Shown: positions 1-10,842, counted from the first letter of the stretch. The stretch is DNA of 64,000 bases from an uncultured Desulfosarcina sp. (GCA_963674945.2 CAXXWQ010000003.1:1248001-1312000); one strand, 5' to 3'. Notes: generated by a model not told the origin, from the letters alone. Translations and numbers: made by a program.

Positions 1-30
1 ATTGAAAGCACGAAAAGAGTCTTCAGCAAA

Positions 31-438
31 ATGGCGGACCTGGAGGCTGAATTCAAAGGCGTATATTTTAAAAACAATTTACGAATTTTAGGAGATGTTT
101 CCGGAATTATCGGACTTTCGGGAGAGACGGAGGGAACGGTTGTCATAACGTTTCGGTGGAATCTGGCAAAAAAAGTCGTCTCCAAGGTAATGAGAGTAAA
201 AGAAACCGAAATCAACGCGGAAGCGATTCACGATGGTGTTGGTGAGATCATCAACATGATCAGCGGCGCTGCCAAGAAAACGCTATGCAAGCTTTCATGC
301 AATTTCCAGCTTTCCATTCCAACGATTATCGTGGGTTGGGGCCATGAAGCGGGGTATCCTGATAATGCAACCATAGCGGTACTGTTGTTTGATGTCGGAG
401 ATCAATCATTCGTTTTGCACGTATCGCTGTCCTCGTAA
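31..438 (+). CDS. cheX: CheX-family chemotaxis phosphatase
   Basis: GDVSGIIGLSG, DGVGEIINMISG (ExxN) and FQLSIPTII motifs. The true start may lie at or upstream of the window edge. Confidence 0.85.
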   Translation: MADLEAEFKGVYFKNNLRILGDVSGIIGLSGETEGTVVITFRWNLAKKVVSKVMRVKETEINAEAIHDGVGEIINMISGAAKKTLCKLSCNFQLSIPTIIVGWGHEAGYPDNATIAVLLFDVGDQSFVLHVSLSS

Positions 439-508
439 TCGTGATTGAACCTTCGAAATCGATCGTCCCACTACCACTATAGCAAACGTTCTGGAGCATC
501 CGAGGGGC

Positions 509-2341
509 ATGGACAATAAGGGTACTGGCATTCTGCTGATCAATAAGAAACTGGCGTTGCTTGACTTTGCCGTCGATACGCTGAAGGGTGAGAACTACCC
601 CATCTACACGGCATCGAACATGCGAGATGCATTGGAAACCATTAATCAACAGCCGGTCGGCCTGATTCTCTGTGGCCTGGAATTAGAAGACGTTTCCGGC
701 GTGCAATTTTTATCGTACCTGAAAAAAGATCCGTTGAGAGAATCCATTCCATTCATCTTTTTCGTGTCCATTGAGAACCAGGGGAAATTGAGCCCGAAGC
801 GAGTCATTCTAATGGGAGCGGAAGACCTGATCTTTTTTCCCCTCGACAAATCGACGTTGCTCTCCCGTATTCAGGAATTCGTACAACCACCACAACAAAA
901 CGGCAACGATGATTCGGTGCCGTCTCAACAACGGGACAGCGGACGAAAAGAACCTGTATCCAAGACTGAAGCCAAAAATAAAGCACAAAAAACGGAAACA
1001 AAAACGAGTGCTGTCGCTCCTCCCATCAAACATGAAAATTTTCCCATTCAGGCAAAAGCCTCCAAGGATGGTTTGCTGTGGGTTGACGCCCAAATTACCA
1101 GTTGTGAAACGGGCAGCGCCCATATTCAGACCCTTATGCTGGGAAAACCCGGTGAGGAGATAAAACTCAAGCTCGAACAAGATGGGAGTGATAGCATCGT
1201 TGTTGGACGGATCAAACAGATTGAAATTGAAAACGAAGAAATGCTCGCCCACATTGAAATCGATTTCGATGAAAACAGCGGCTGGTTCCCGTTTTTTTCA
1301 CAATTGTGTGCCATGTCCGATTCGACTTCGGTGGGCAAACGCTTTAGGAAAACACCCCGGGAACAGACCGAAAAAGACAAAACGCCGCCCAAAGGGGACA
1401 AGGACATAACCGACGATATGTGGGCGAAAGGCGTATTGCTTGAGGAAAAAAGCGGCAAGGAACCTGAATTATCGATATCCAAAAACAATCGGAAGGATTT
1501 TGCCGTCATAGGAAAGCGCTTTTATCAAAGCCTGGTCGGCAGAAAAATGGACAATTACGAGGTAGTGTCCTTTATCAGTTCGGGGGCCATGGGAGGCGTT
1601 TTCAAAGGCTTTGATACAGCCCTGGAAAGAGATGTGGCGTTGAAGGTCATTTCTTGGGACCTGGCATCCCAGGAAAAGTTTGTCGAGATGTTTTTTAAAG
1701 AGGCACGTTTTGTTTCCAAACTCAACCATCCGAATATCGCACAGATTTACCATATCGGGAACTCCAATGGAATCGTCTATTATGCCATGGAATTTGTCCG
1801 CGGCTATACTTTTCTCGAACTGAACAAACGCAAACTGCGTTTTGATTTGCGTCAGCTCATCAATTATCTATCCATTGTTTGTCACGCAATGGACTACGTG
1901 TGGGATAATAAAATCATCCACCGGGACCTCAAACCTGCAAATATTATGTTGAAAAGTGATGATACGCTCAAGATCGTGGACTTTGGCGTCGCCAAGTTTG
2001 AGAAAAAAGATAAGAACAAGAAAGAGGCCAAAATCGTGGGCTCGCCCCTGTATTTAAGCCCGGAAGCCATTTGCAATCAGAAAGTCGATCATCGTAGCGA
2101 CATCTACTCATTGGGGGCAACGTTTTATCATATGATTGCCGGCACCCCGCCCTACATGGATATTTCCATGAAAAAAATTTTAGCAAAACACCTGCGAAGC
2201 CCCGTTCCGCAACTCAAAACAAGAGTTCCCGGTGTTCCCGGTTATCTATCTGATCTCATAGAAAAAATGATGGCCAAAAGAGTCAAGGACCGTTTCTCGG
2301 GATATCAAGAGATTATCGAGTGTATTGAAAACTTCCCTTGA
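509..2341 (+). CDS. Hanks-type Ser/Thr protein kinase with N-terminal pseudo-receiver domain and central PilZ-like segment
   Basis: Kinase motifs SGAMGGVF, VALK, HRDLKPAN, DFG and GSPLYLSPE. The N-terminus has a REC pattern with LILCG at the phospho-Asp position. Confidence 0.88.
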   Translation: MDNKGTGILLINKKLALLDFAVDTLKGENYPIYTASNMRDALETINQQPVGLILCGLELEDVSGVQFLSYLKKDPLRESIPFIFFVSIENQGKLSPKRVILMGAEDLIFFPLDKSTLLSRIQEFVQPPQQNGNDDSVPSQQRDSGRKEPVSKTEAKNKAQKTETKTSAVAPPIKHENFPIQAKASKDGLLWVDAQITSCETGSAHIQTLMLGKPGEEIKLKLEQDGSDSIVVGRIKQIEIENEEMLAHIEIDFDENSGWFPFFSQLCAMSDSTSVGKRFRKTPREQTEKDKTPPKGDKDITDDMWAKGVLLEEKSGKEPELSISKNNRKDFAVIGKRFYQSLVGRKMDNYEVVSFISSGAMGGVFKGFDTALERDVALKVISWDLASQEKFVEMFFKEARFVSKLNHPNIAQIYHIGNSNGIVYYAMEFVRGYTFLELNKRKLRFDLRQLINYLSIVCHAMDYVWDNKIIHRDLKPANIMLKSDDTLKIVDFGVAKFEKKDKNKKEAKIVGSPLYLSPEAICNQKVDHRSDIYSLGATFYHMIAGTPPYMDISMKKILAKHLRSPVPQLKTRVPGVPGYLSDLIEKMMAKRVKDRFSGYQEIIECIENFP

Positions 2342-2624
2342 CAAGGGAAGGTAACAAGCCGCTGCCGCCGTCTCAACCATCGCCTTTAAATCACTTTCGT
2401 CTTCAGACGATTTCAATATCTATTTCAAACCACAACGATTCGCTTGTCTTTTTGGGTCATGAAGGCAAATGGATCGCTCATTATATCTTTGCAATCAGTA
2501 ATAGCCGATGGACAGCCGTTTTCTTTTCCTGTACACATGGTTTCATGATGTAGCTGTTGTGGAACCGACGCCCAATATTTCGAACATTCCATTCTTTGTT
2601 GCATTCGACTGAACAGGAGCTGCC

Positions 2625-5051
2625 ATGACAACGAAAAACCAAGTTCCCATCGAAGACCTGCGCTGCACGTGTGATCCGTCCATTTTCGAATTCGAAACCA
2701 CGGCGGATATCACCCCGCTGGACCAGGTAATCGGTCAGGAGCGGGCTGTGCGCGCCATTCATTTCGGCCTGGAGATGAAAAGCGCCGGATACAACATCTT
2801 CGTCACCGGCCCGGAGGGAACCGGAAAAACCACCATCGTCCAGGATATCGTCCGAAAAATGGCCAGAGATCTTCCCGCTGGATCGGATTGGTGCATGGTC
2901 AACAACTTCAAGGACGAATATCGGCCCAAGACCATCGCCATTTCCCCAGGCCAGGCCAGCCGGTTTGCCAAAAGCGTCGGCAGGTTGGTCAGTGACCTGA
3001 AAATCCGGCTGAAAAAGGAGTTTCAAGCCGATTCGTTTCGTGAAAAGGTGGTCGAAATTCAGCATCAATACGACCAGCGAAAAAAAGAGCAAATGGCCCA
3101 GATGGACCGCCTTGCCCAGGAAAAACAACTGAAGGTGGAAAAAACGCCGGCAGGATTCCAGACCATCCCCCTGGACGACGGAGTTCCATTCTCCCAGGAA
3201 CGGTTCGAACAACTCACCGATGAAGAACGCAAAACCATCGAAGAGACCGTCAGTTCTTTTCAGGAAAATGTCCAGACCATTTTGCGGGAAGTGAACCGCC
3301 TCGGCCACGCCCAACAGAAAGAGATCCAGCAACTGGCCGAGCAACTGACCCGTTTCATCGTGAAAAGCCGCATGGACCTTGTGCGGGAGAACTATCCGGA
3401 TGAACCGCAAATCCAACCGTTTCTGGAAGAGATGCAAGAAGACCTGGTGGAAAATGTAGCTCTTTTCCTCCCCGGCCAGTCGGAGAAGGACGAAGGCGGC
3501 AATATGGAGAGCGGGGCCATGAAGCAGGCCATTGACCGGTATACGGTCAACGTTCTGGTGGACCGGTCGGGACTGGTTGGAGCGCCGGTCGTGTTCGAAC
3601 CCAACCCCACCTATCGGAACCTCTTCGGACACATCGAAAAGAAAGCCTTCATGGGCACTCTTGTTACCGATTTTACAATGGTCCAGTCCGGGTCCCTGCT
3701 TGAAGCCAACGGCGGATTCCTTATCATGGAGGTGGAGCCATTGCTCACGAGCGCCCATACCTGGGATTCCCTCAAACGTGCGCTGGTCAACAAGATGCTC
3801 AGCATCGAGGATGCAGCCCATGAGACCGGCCTGGGTGCAGCCTCCTTGCGTCCCATACCGATTCCACTGGATGTCAAGGTAATTCTGCTGGGAGGATACG
3901 AGCCGTTCCGGATGCTTCAAAATTACGATTCCAAGTTCAACAAGATCTTCAAAGTTCGGGCGGACTTCGATTACGAAGTGAATCGAACGAACAAAACCAT
4001 TGAGCTCTATGCCCAGTTCATCGCCCGCGTCTGCAAAGATGAAAATTTGCTTCCGTTTACCGCAGACGGTGTGGCAGCGGTTATCGAATTCGGGAAAAAG
4101 GCCATCGACAGCAAAAACAAACTCTCCCTGCGATTCGGCAGTGTCACCGGCGTGATCAAGGAGGCGGACTATTGGGCCAGGAAAGAAAAGGCGGACCGGG
4201 TGAGCGCAGTACACGTAGTCAAAGCATTCACAGAATACCGATACCGCTATAACCTTTACGAGGAAAAAATTCACGAAAGCTACACGGAAGAAACCATCCT
4301 CATCGACGTGTCAGGAGAAGCAGTAGGGCAGGTGAATGCCCTTGCCGTTTATCAGATGGGGGAGATCGCCTTCGGTCGTCCATCCCGCATCACTGCGGAA
4401 ACCTTCATGGGAAAACCCGGCATCATCAACATTGAGCGCGAATCAAAACTGTCGGGCAATACTCACGACAAGGGAGTTTTAATCCTCTCCGGTTACCTGG
4501 GACGGACATTTGCCCAGCGCTACCCCCTGAGCCTCTCCATCAGCCTTACCTTCGAACAGAGCTACAATGGAATCGATGGGGACAGCGCATCCTCCACGGA
4601 ACTGTACGCCATCCTCTCCAGCCTGTCGGGAGTTCCCATTCGTCAGGGAATCGCCGTCACCGGTTCAGTAAACCAGAAGGGACAAGTCCAGGCCATCGGA
4701 GGAGTAAACCAGAAAATCGAAGGTTTTTTCGACGTCTGTCAGAGCAAAGGGCTGACCGGCAGGCAAGGCGTCATGATCCCATCTGCCAACGTGAAGAATC
4801 TGATGCTGAAAAGAAGCGTCCTGGAGGCGGTCCGCAATAAGAAATTCACCATCTGGCAGGTCGCGACCATCGAGGAAGGAATCGAGATCCTGACGGGAAC
4901 GGATGCCGGTACCGCCGACAGCGAAGGCAACTACCCCCCCGACACCTTGTACGGACTCGTTCAGCAGAAACTTCGCACCTACCTGAATCAAAGCTTGGCG
5001 TTGAAACAAAAATGTGTTTCCATTGAATCGGGGGAACCATTTCATCCGTAG
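2625..5051 (+). CDS. Lon-like (LonC/AAA_32-type) S16 protease
   Basis: IGQERA, GPEGTGKTT, a coiled-coil insert, GSLLEANGGFL, catalytic DGDSASS and IGGVNQKIEGF (Ser-Lys dyad). AGGAG RBS upstream. Confidence 0.92.
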   Translation: MTTKNQVPIEDLRCTCDPSIFEFETTADITPLDQVIGQERAVRAIHFGLEMKSAGYNIFVTGPEGTGKTTIVQDIVRKMARDLPAGSDWCMVNNFKDEYRPKTIAISPGQASRFAKSVGRLVSDLKIRLKKEFQADSFREKVVEIQHQYDQRKKEQMAQMDRLAQEKQLKVEKTPAGFQTIPLDDGVPFSQERFEQLTDEERKTIEETVSSFQENVQTILREVNRLGHAQQKEIQQLAEQLTRFIVKSRMDLVRENYPDEPQIQPFLEEMQEDLVENVALFLPGQSEKDEGGNMESGAMKQAIDRYTVNVLVDRSGLVGAPVVFEPNPTYRNLFGHIEKKAFMGTLVTDFTMVQSGSLLEANGGFLIMEVEPLLTSAHTWDSLKRALVNKMLSIEDAAHETGLGAASLRPIPIPLDVKVILLGGYEPFRMLQNYDSKFNKIFKVRADFDYEVNRTNKTIELYAQFIARVCKDENLLPFTADGVAAVIEFGKKAIDSKNKLSLRFGSVTGVIKEADYWARKEKADRVSAVHVVKAFTEYRYRYNLYEEKIHESYTEETILIDVSGEAVGQVNALAVYQMGEIAFGRPSRITAETFMGKPGIINIERESKLSGNTHDKGVLILSGYLGRTFAQRYPLSLSISLTFEQSYNGIDGDSASSTELYAILSSLSGVPIRQGIAVTGSVNQKGQVQAIGGVNQKIEGFFDVCQSKGLTGRQGVMIPSANVKNLMLKRSVLEAVRNKKFTIWQVATIEEGIEILTGTDAGTADSEGNYPPDTLYGLVQQKLRTYLNQSLALKQKCVSIESGEPFHP

Positions 5052-5116
5052 TGGTTGTCTGGAATATCCCTAAACTGTGCATAGGTCATCGGAAGATACT
5101 CGCGGTCGGAGCCAAA

Positions 5117-6223
5117 ATGAGCTTTCAGCGCAATCGAGTTACTCGTCGGGTGATCACGGACATCAAGAAACGATCGTCCATCGGGATCCTGTTTTATTTC
5201 ATCATATGTGGCCTCGTTCTTCTCCCGGGTGGCTTCCATTCACGACACCCACATTTTTCCCTGCACTTTACCGGGTGGGTCCTCGGCATCGGCATTTTTC
5301 GCATCATCCATCTCATTGTCGCACAATGGATCCCACCCCCCTACGTCCGATTGTCCAACTTGGTTTTTTTGGGTAGCCTGTTGTTGACCTCTCTGATCTG
5401 GGGCATTCTCTTTGCATATTTCATGAATATTCCCGGTGAATACAATTCGGTCCTCCTGATGACCATTTGTACGACGGGGCTCGCCGCAGGGGGGGCAGTG
5501 GCATTCATTCCCAATCTGCTGCTTACCATCTTTTATAACCTGTCCATGCTCCTGCCGGCCAGCTTATGGATGATGCTACACAATATTCACCCGCCCCGGG
5601 TTATGGCAATCTTGATGTTTTCCCTCTATCTGGTGATAATGGCCATTCGGTCCAACCGGGAGTATTGGGATGCACTGGAAAACGAATTTTTGCTGCAGGA
5701 AAAAACGAAGGAGCTGAAAACCCTCAGCCGGATAGATGTTCTCACCGGTCTTTTCAACCGCCGTCATTTCGATGAACGGTTCGCTTATGAATTCAGACGA
5801 TCCATGCGCAATCGTATCCCCGTCACCCTTTTGATCTGCGATATCGATCACTTCAAAAATGTAAACGACACCTATGGCCATCTGGCCGGTGATGAATTCT
5901 TGAAAATGACGGCCGACATCCTGAAAAGCGCCTTCAGGCGCTCGACTGACACCGTCGCCCGATACGGGGGAGAGGAGTTCGTTGTACTCATTCCAAATGA
6001 CAATTCGAAAAGAATTGATAAAAAAGCGGAGCAGGTAAGAAAGAAAGTGTCCGCCACACCCCTTGTGTACAACGGCCAAAAAATCTTTACCACCTTGAGT
6101 ATCGGTATGGCAAGCGCCATCGCCGAGAAACAGGAACAACCAGAAACACTGATTCAAAAGGCGGATGCGGCCCTTTACCATGCAAAGCGGGAGGGCCGTA
6201 ACCGAGTCGTCGTCAACCGGTGA
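5117..6223 (+). CDS. Membrane-bound diguanylate cyclase
   Basis: Multiple N-terminal TM helices; DVLTGLFNRR, DIDHFKNVNDTYGH, RSTD I-site and GGEEF. Start moved to ATG 5117. Confidence 0.92.
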   Translation: MSFQRNRVTRRVITDIKKRSSIGILFYFIICGLVLLPGGFHSRHPHFSLHFTGWVLGIGIFRIIHLIVAQWIPPPYVRLSNLVFLGSLLLTSLIWGILFAYFMNIPGEYNSVLLMTICTTGLAAGGAVAFIPNLLLTIFYNLSMLLPASLWMMLHNIHPPRVMAILMFSLYLVIMAIRSNREYWDALENEFLLQEKTKELKTLSRIDVLTGLFNRRHFDERFAYEFRRSMRNRIPVTLLICDIDHFKNVNDTYGHLAGDEFLKMTADILKSAFRRSTDTVARYGGEEFVVLIPNDNSKRIDKKAEQVRKKVSATPLVYNGQKIFTTLSIGMASAIAEKQEQPETLIQKADAALYHAKREGRNRVVVNR

Positions 6224-6236
6224 GCACCTCTTTTTA

Positions 6237-6490
6237 CCAAATCACTGACCATCCGAAGAGCAAATGGTTTGATGAAGCCCCCTCGAAATGGATTAAAAAC
6301 AGATCGGTGAACGTCGAACACTGAACGTCCAACTTCGAACATCGAATAAGGAATTCTGTCTTTTTTCATACTGTAATCCTTCTTCACTATCGGCAACAAA
6401 TGAAACAAGATATTTTTAAATGACGAAGCGAAGCGATCTCATCATTCGACGTTGGACGTTGGACGTTCGATGTTCGATGTTCAATCTTCG
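6237..6490 (+). repeat. Palindromic intergenic element, family A (TCGAACA-type heptamer arms), full copy
   Basis: Matches 37038-37280 in reverse orientation; 6314-6360 is identical over 47 nt to the reverse complement of 37157-37203. The arms are inverted arrays of 7-mers. Confidence 0.9.
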
Positions 6491-6504
6491 ATGTCCGTAG
6501 AATC

Positions 6505-7620
6505 CTATGCATCCTCACTGCCGGTGGTGTCGGGCATCTCCAACTGTTTTCTCCGCAGGACGAATCCCGTATCGGGCAAAACGTCCGCAAAAGCATGGCC
6601 GTAAATTTCCCATATGGTTACGAAAAGAGCTGCGATGATGGGACCGATGATCACGCCGACGATGCCGAACATGAAGATTCCTCCCAGCGTACCGAAAAAG
6701 ATCATCAGTTCATGCATCTGGGTGTCTTTTCCCACCAATACGGGACGAAGCAGATTGTCCACGCTGCCAACGACAATGGCGCAAAATAGGAAGAGCCCGA
6801 TCCCCTTTCCGACTTGGCCGCTGACGGCCAGGACGATTGCAGTCGGGCCCCAAACGATGGCTGTTCCGACGCTGGGAATGACCGAAAGCACCACCATGAC
6901 CACGCCCCAGAAGGTCGCGCTGGGAATCCCGACCACCCAGAAGGCAATTCCGGCCAGACCTCCCTGGAGGACTCCGATCACCGCACTCCCCTTCAAGGTG
7001 GCGCGGGTGACGGAAGTAAACCGATCCAGCATCTGCTGCTCCTCTTGGTCCTCCAAAGGAAGGTAATAGAGGATTTTCTCGAGCAGTCTCTCCCCATCCA
7101 TGAGAAAAAAATACATGGTATACAGCCAGACGCCTACGATGAAAAGAAAATTGATGGCACCTTTGGTGACCGATGAGAGATTGTTGACCAAAAAATGACT
7201 GATAAAGCCGATCGCCTCGCCGGCTTTTTTCAGGATCAATTCCCTATGCTCCATGATATTGTCGTAAAAAGGCATGTTCTGCAAGAGATCGGTAACGACA
7301 CCTGGCTGTTCCAATTGGGCCCGGACCCACGGCATGGAGGTCTGGCTCAATTTGATGGCCTGCCCGGTCACCACGCCCGCCAGAATGCCCAACGGTACCA
7401 ACACGACGATGCAGATCAGCAGCAGGGTCGCCACGGATGCAAGGCTTTGCCGTCCCTTGAATACCAGTTGGAGCCTCAGGTAAACGGGCCGTGACAAGGC
7501 AGAGAAGATGCCGGCCAAAAAGATGGCCATCAGAAAGGAGCGGATCATGGACAGAAAAATGGCCGATATAAAAATGACCAACAGGATGACCACGAGTTTA
7601 TTAACCCTGTCCGTTTGCAT
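6505..7620 (-). CDS. AI-2E family transporter
   Basis: Hydrophobic protein with DNLLRPVLVG and FGTLGGIFMFGIVGVIIGP motifs. Start taken at MQTDRV. Confidence 0.9.
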   Translation of the reverse strand: MQTDRVNKLVVILLVIFISAIFLSMIRSFLMAIFLAGIFSALSRPVYLRLQLVFKGRQSLASVATLLLICIVVLVPLGILAGVVTGQAIKLSQTSMPWVRAQLEQPGVVTDLLQNMPFYDNIMEHRELILKKAGEAIGFISHFLVNNLSSVTKGAINFLFIVGVWLYTMYFFLMDGERLLEKILYYLPLEDQEEQQMLDRFTSVTRATLKGSAVIGVLQGGLAGIAFWVVGIPSATFWGVVMVVLSVIPSVGTAIVWGPTAIVLAVSGQVGKGIGLFLFCAIVVGSVDNLLRPVLVGKDTQMHELMIFFGTLGGIFMFGIVGVIIGPIIAALFVTIWEIYGHAFADVLPDTGFVLRRKQLEMPDTTGSEDA

Positions 7621-7723
7621 GGCTTTGGCTCCGATTCGTTTTATTATTCGCTTATTCGGCTTGGTTGGCTGATTGTACCGTATCTTCTTTCGTTGCACAA
7701 ATTCGTTTTACGCACCGTTGTTG

Positions 7724-8146
7724 TCAACGGTGCAGTACCGCCATTGTTACCCTCGAAATACAGGTTCTTTTCTCTTTGTCGTCAAACATATGGACCTCCC
7801 AGACCTGGGTCGTCTTTCCCAGGTGAATCGGCTTACACAATCCGGTGACCTTTCCCGAACGGACGGACCGGATATGGTTGGCATTGATTTCCAGTCCAAC
7901 ACAATAGTGGGTCCCCGAATCCACGCAACAGTTGGCTCCGGTGCTGGCCAGCGTTTCTGCCAGAACAACCGAGGCCCCTCCGTGCAAAATCCCGAAAGGT
8001 TGATGGGTGCGATGATCCACCGGCATGACGGCTTTTAAAAAATCTTCCCCAATTTCAATGAAGGTAATGCCCAAATGGGAAACCAGGGTATTTTCTCCGA
8101 ATTGGTTGACCATGTCCAATTCAGGCTTTATAAACCACATGCTCAT
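7724..8146 (-). CDS. Hotdog-fold acyl-CoA thioesterase (MenI/EntH/PaaI-like)
   Basis: HQPFGILHGGASVVLAET and GLEINANH motifs. Confidence 0.92.
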   Translation of the reverse strand: MSMWFIKPELDMVNQFGENTLVSHLGITFIEIGEDFLKAVMPVDHRTHQPFGILHGGASVVLAETLASTGANCCVDSGTHYCVGLEINANHIRSVRSGKVTGLCKPIHLGKTTQVWEVHMFDDKEKRTCISRVTMAVLHR

Positions 8147-8450
8147 AATTTATCACTCCTGTTTTGTCAGCGGCAGACTGCCGAAATCTTCAACGAATCG
8201 GTTATCACAAAAGGGCCGAAAAAGCGATTGCCCTTGAAAAAGGTATTGAAATAATCAATCAAAAGCTTTCGTGCAATATAAAATAACGATTTGCTATTAC
8301 ATTGCAAAGCGGTCATATAATTATTTGGTTTTTGAACTTATGTGCAAATCATGCTTTCCCTGCAATATGATGCCGTTGATAAAGGGATCAGGGAAACCGA
8401 ACAAAAGGAGTCGGGACGGAAATGCGTTGAAATGATAACAGGAGAAGACC

Positions 8451-9380
8451 ATGATGAAAACCGTAGTCCGAAAAGATGGGGGAAAAGGTAGAAGAGGTAA
8501 AAAAGAATTTTTATTGGCAATCGGCATCGTATGTGCCGTCGTCTCCCTGTGCATGGCTGTGCCCTCACATGCCCAGGACATTCTCGAAAAAATCGAGCAG
8601 ACGGGCCAAGTGACCATGGGGTTTCGGGAAGGTTCGGTTCCCTTTGGCTACATGAATGAAAAGGGTGAATGGGTGGGCTTCGGCCTCGATCTCGGGTATG
8701 AAATCGCTGCTGCGCTGAACGAAAAGTTCGGCAAAACAATCGAACTGGTAAAAAAACCGATTAACCCCAAGACCCGTATCCCTCTTGTTATCAACGGTAC
8801 GGTCGATATCGGCATCGGATCAACCACGATTACATTGGCAAGAGAAGAAGTGGTCGATTTCAGTCTTCCCTATTTTCTCACCGGCACGCGGCTGTTGGTC
8901 CCCAAGGACAGCACCATAGAAGACTTTTCCGATCTGGCAGGAAAACGGGTCGGCATGGGCAGCGGATCCACCGCCAATATAAAAGGCATCGACAAGGCCA
9001 TGGCCTCCGGTATAATCAAACCCGCCTGTGAAAAAGTGCTTTTTGAGGAACACAACAAAGGATTTCTGGCCCTCCAGCAGGGTAAAATCCATGCTTATTT
9101 CACGGATGCCAGCATTTTGGCCGGCATGCAGGCCAAAGCGAAAAATCCCGGCGACTGGAAAATCGTCGGTCAATACCTGACCTATGAACCCTATGGCATC
9201 ATTCTCCCGGAAAATCAGGGAGAGTGGCGTGATTTCGTGAATGCCGTTCTTATCAGAACCATCAAAAGCGGTCGGTTTGAACAGATCTACGACAAATGGT
9301 TCGGTCCCAAGGGTGAAGTACCGCTGCCCATGAGCACGGAATACAAGACCTTGCTGCAGGCGTTGAGCTATCCGGACTAA
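8451..9380 (+). CDS. Polar amino-acid ABC transporter substrate-binding protein (GltI-like)
   Basis: Signal peptide; GFREGSVPFGY, STTITLARE and EPYGI motifs; AGGAG RBS. Confidence 0.9.
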   Translation: MMKTVVRKDGGKGRRGKKEFLLAIGIVCAVVSLCMAVPSHAQDILEKIEQTGQVTMGFREGSVPFGYMNEKGEWVGFGLDLGYEIAAALNEKFGKTIELVKKPINPKTRIPLVINGTVDIGIGSTTITLAREEVVDFSLPYFLTGTRLLVPKDSTIEDFSDLAGKRVGMGSGSTANIKGIDKAMASGIIKPACEKVLFEEHNKGFLALQQGKIHAYFTDASILAGMQAKAKNPGDWKIVGQYLTYEPYGIILPENQGEWRDFVNAVLIRTIKSGRFEQIYDKWFGPKGEVPLPMSTEYKTLLQALSYPD

Positions 9381-9454
9381 AAGCCATAGAAAATTCAACA
9401 ATTTTCCTTGTATCTTCGGCAAGCTCGACAATCGCGCAGCTTAGGTAATTGACA

Positions 9455-10183
9455 ATGGGTTTTCTGAGCTACACGTTCGATTGGACGGTTTTGTGGCGTG
9501 AACCCTATGGCGCCATGCTGATCCAGGGGATCTTCACGACCATCCACCTTTCTCTGATAGCGTGGATGCTCGCCCTGATCCTCGGAATTACCATCGGCAT
9601 TTGCAGGGTATCGCCACCGAGACTGGCACGGTTCGCTGGAAGCGCTTATGTGCAGGTCTTCCGGAATACGCCCTTTCTGGTGCAACTTTTTTTCTGGTAT
9701 TTTGCGGCGCCACTGCTTTTGCCCAAACCGGCCCAGGCATGGATGTACGACCATGTACCCGATTATTCCTACTGGGCCGGCGTCATTGCGCTGGGAACGT
9801 ACACGGCCTCACGATTGGCCGAGCAGTTTCGGTCCGGTCTTCTGTCCATTTCCCGGGACCAATACCGCGCCGCCTATTCCACCGGTCTGACCACCTTTCA
9901 AACCTATCGCCATGTCATTGCACCGTACGCCTTCCGCATCATCATCCCCCCCTTTACGACGGAGTTTTTGACTTGTTTTAAAAACTCGGCCCTCACCATG
10001 ACAATCGGCGTCATGGAGATCACCCATACGGCCTATTACATCGATTCGTTTACCTGGCACGGATTGGAGACCACAACGGCAGCCAGCTTGACCTACCTTC
10101 TCATCTCGGCGTGCGTAGTGCTCTTCATGTCATTGATAGAAAAAAGGCTTCCGATTCCGGGTATGATCGCCCGCGGACGATAA
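9455..10183 (+). CDS. Amino-acid ABC transporter permease
   Basis: FRNTPFLVQLFFWYF and an EAA-like loop. Confidence 0.9.
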   Translation: MGFLSYTFDWTVLWREPYGAMLIQGIFTTIHLSLIAWMLALILGITIGICRVSPPRLARFAGSAYVQVFRNTPFLVQLFFWYFAAPLLLPKPAQAWMYDHVPDYSYWAGVIALGTYTASRLAEQFRSGLLSISRDQYRAAYSTGLTTFQTYRHVIAPYAFRIIIPPFTTEFLTCFKNSALTMTIGVMEITHTAYYIDSFTWHGLETTTAASLTYLLISACVVLFMSLIEKRLPIPGMIARGR

Positions 10184-10185
10184 CT

Positions 10186-10842
10186 ATGGATCTATCCGTA
10201 ATCGTCCATAACCTTGACTTCATGCTCGGTGGTCTTGCGCTGACGTTCCAACTGGCCCTGATCACCATCGCAGGTGGCCTGCTGTTTGGCATTTTCCTGG
10301 CCATGGCGCGTCTGTCCTCGAGCCCCTGGCTTTATTACCCGGCCACGCTTTACATCCATTTTTTCCGGGGCCTTCCACTCATCCTGGTAATTTTCTGGCT
10401 CTACTTCCTGTCGCCTGTTATTACCGGAAGATCAATGGACGAATTTTTTGCCGCCGTCGTCTCCTTTATCGTGTTCGAAGCGGCGTATTTTGCGGAAATC
10501 ATCCGCGCCGGCATTCAGTCCATTTCCACCGGCCAATCCATGGCCGCATATTCCAGCGGATTGACATTTTCTCAATGTGCGCGTCATGTCATCCTGCCCC
10601 AGGCGTTGCGCAACATGACGCCGGCGCTGGTGACACAGGCCGTGGTCATTTTTCAGGACACATCACTGGCATACGTGATCGGGCTGAGGGAATTTTTACG
10701 TCGCGTCAACCTTGTGGATGCCCGTGAAGCACGTTCTGTGGAGCTTTATCTCTTTGCCGGCCTGGTATACTTTCTCTTTTGTTCGGCCGGTGCCCTGGCC
10801 AGCCATCGGTTGGAGAATCGTTTGCAAAAGGATCTGGCATGA
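10186..10842 (+). CDS. Amino-acid ABC transporter permease
   Basis: [24 protein letters not shown] and FQDTSL. Start moved to MDLSV. Confidence 0.9.
   Translation: MDLSVIVHNLDFMLGGLALTFQLALITIAGGLLFGIFLAMARLSSSPWLYYPATLYIHFFRGLPLILVIFWLYFLSPVITGRSMDEFFAAVVSFIVFEAAYFAEIIRAGIQSISTGQSMAAYSSGLTFSQCARHVILPQALRNMTPALVTQAVVIFQDTSLAYVIGLREFLRRVNLVDAREARSVELYLFAGLVYFLFCSAGALASHRLENRLQKDLA

Noticed and set aside
2481..4274. 597-aa minus-strand ORF (similar long ORFs at 24404-25915, 39619-40740, 47120-48199 and 56117-57625)
   Set aside because: Antisense shadows of well-supported genes in GC-rich DNA, with no recognisable motifs.
2625..5051. Degenerate Walker B in the Lon-like protease as a novelty
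   Set aside because: This is an expected feature of the LonC-type subfamily.
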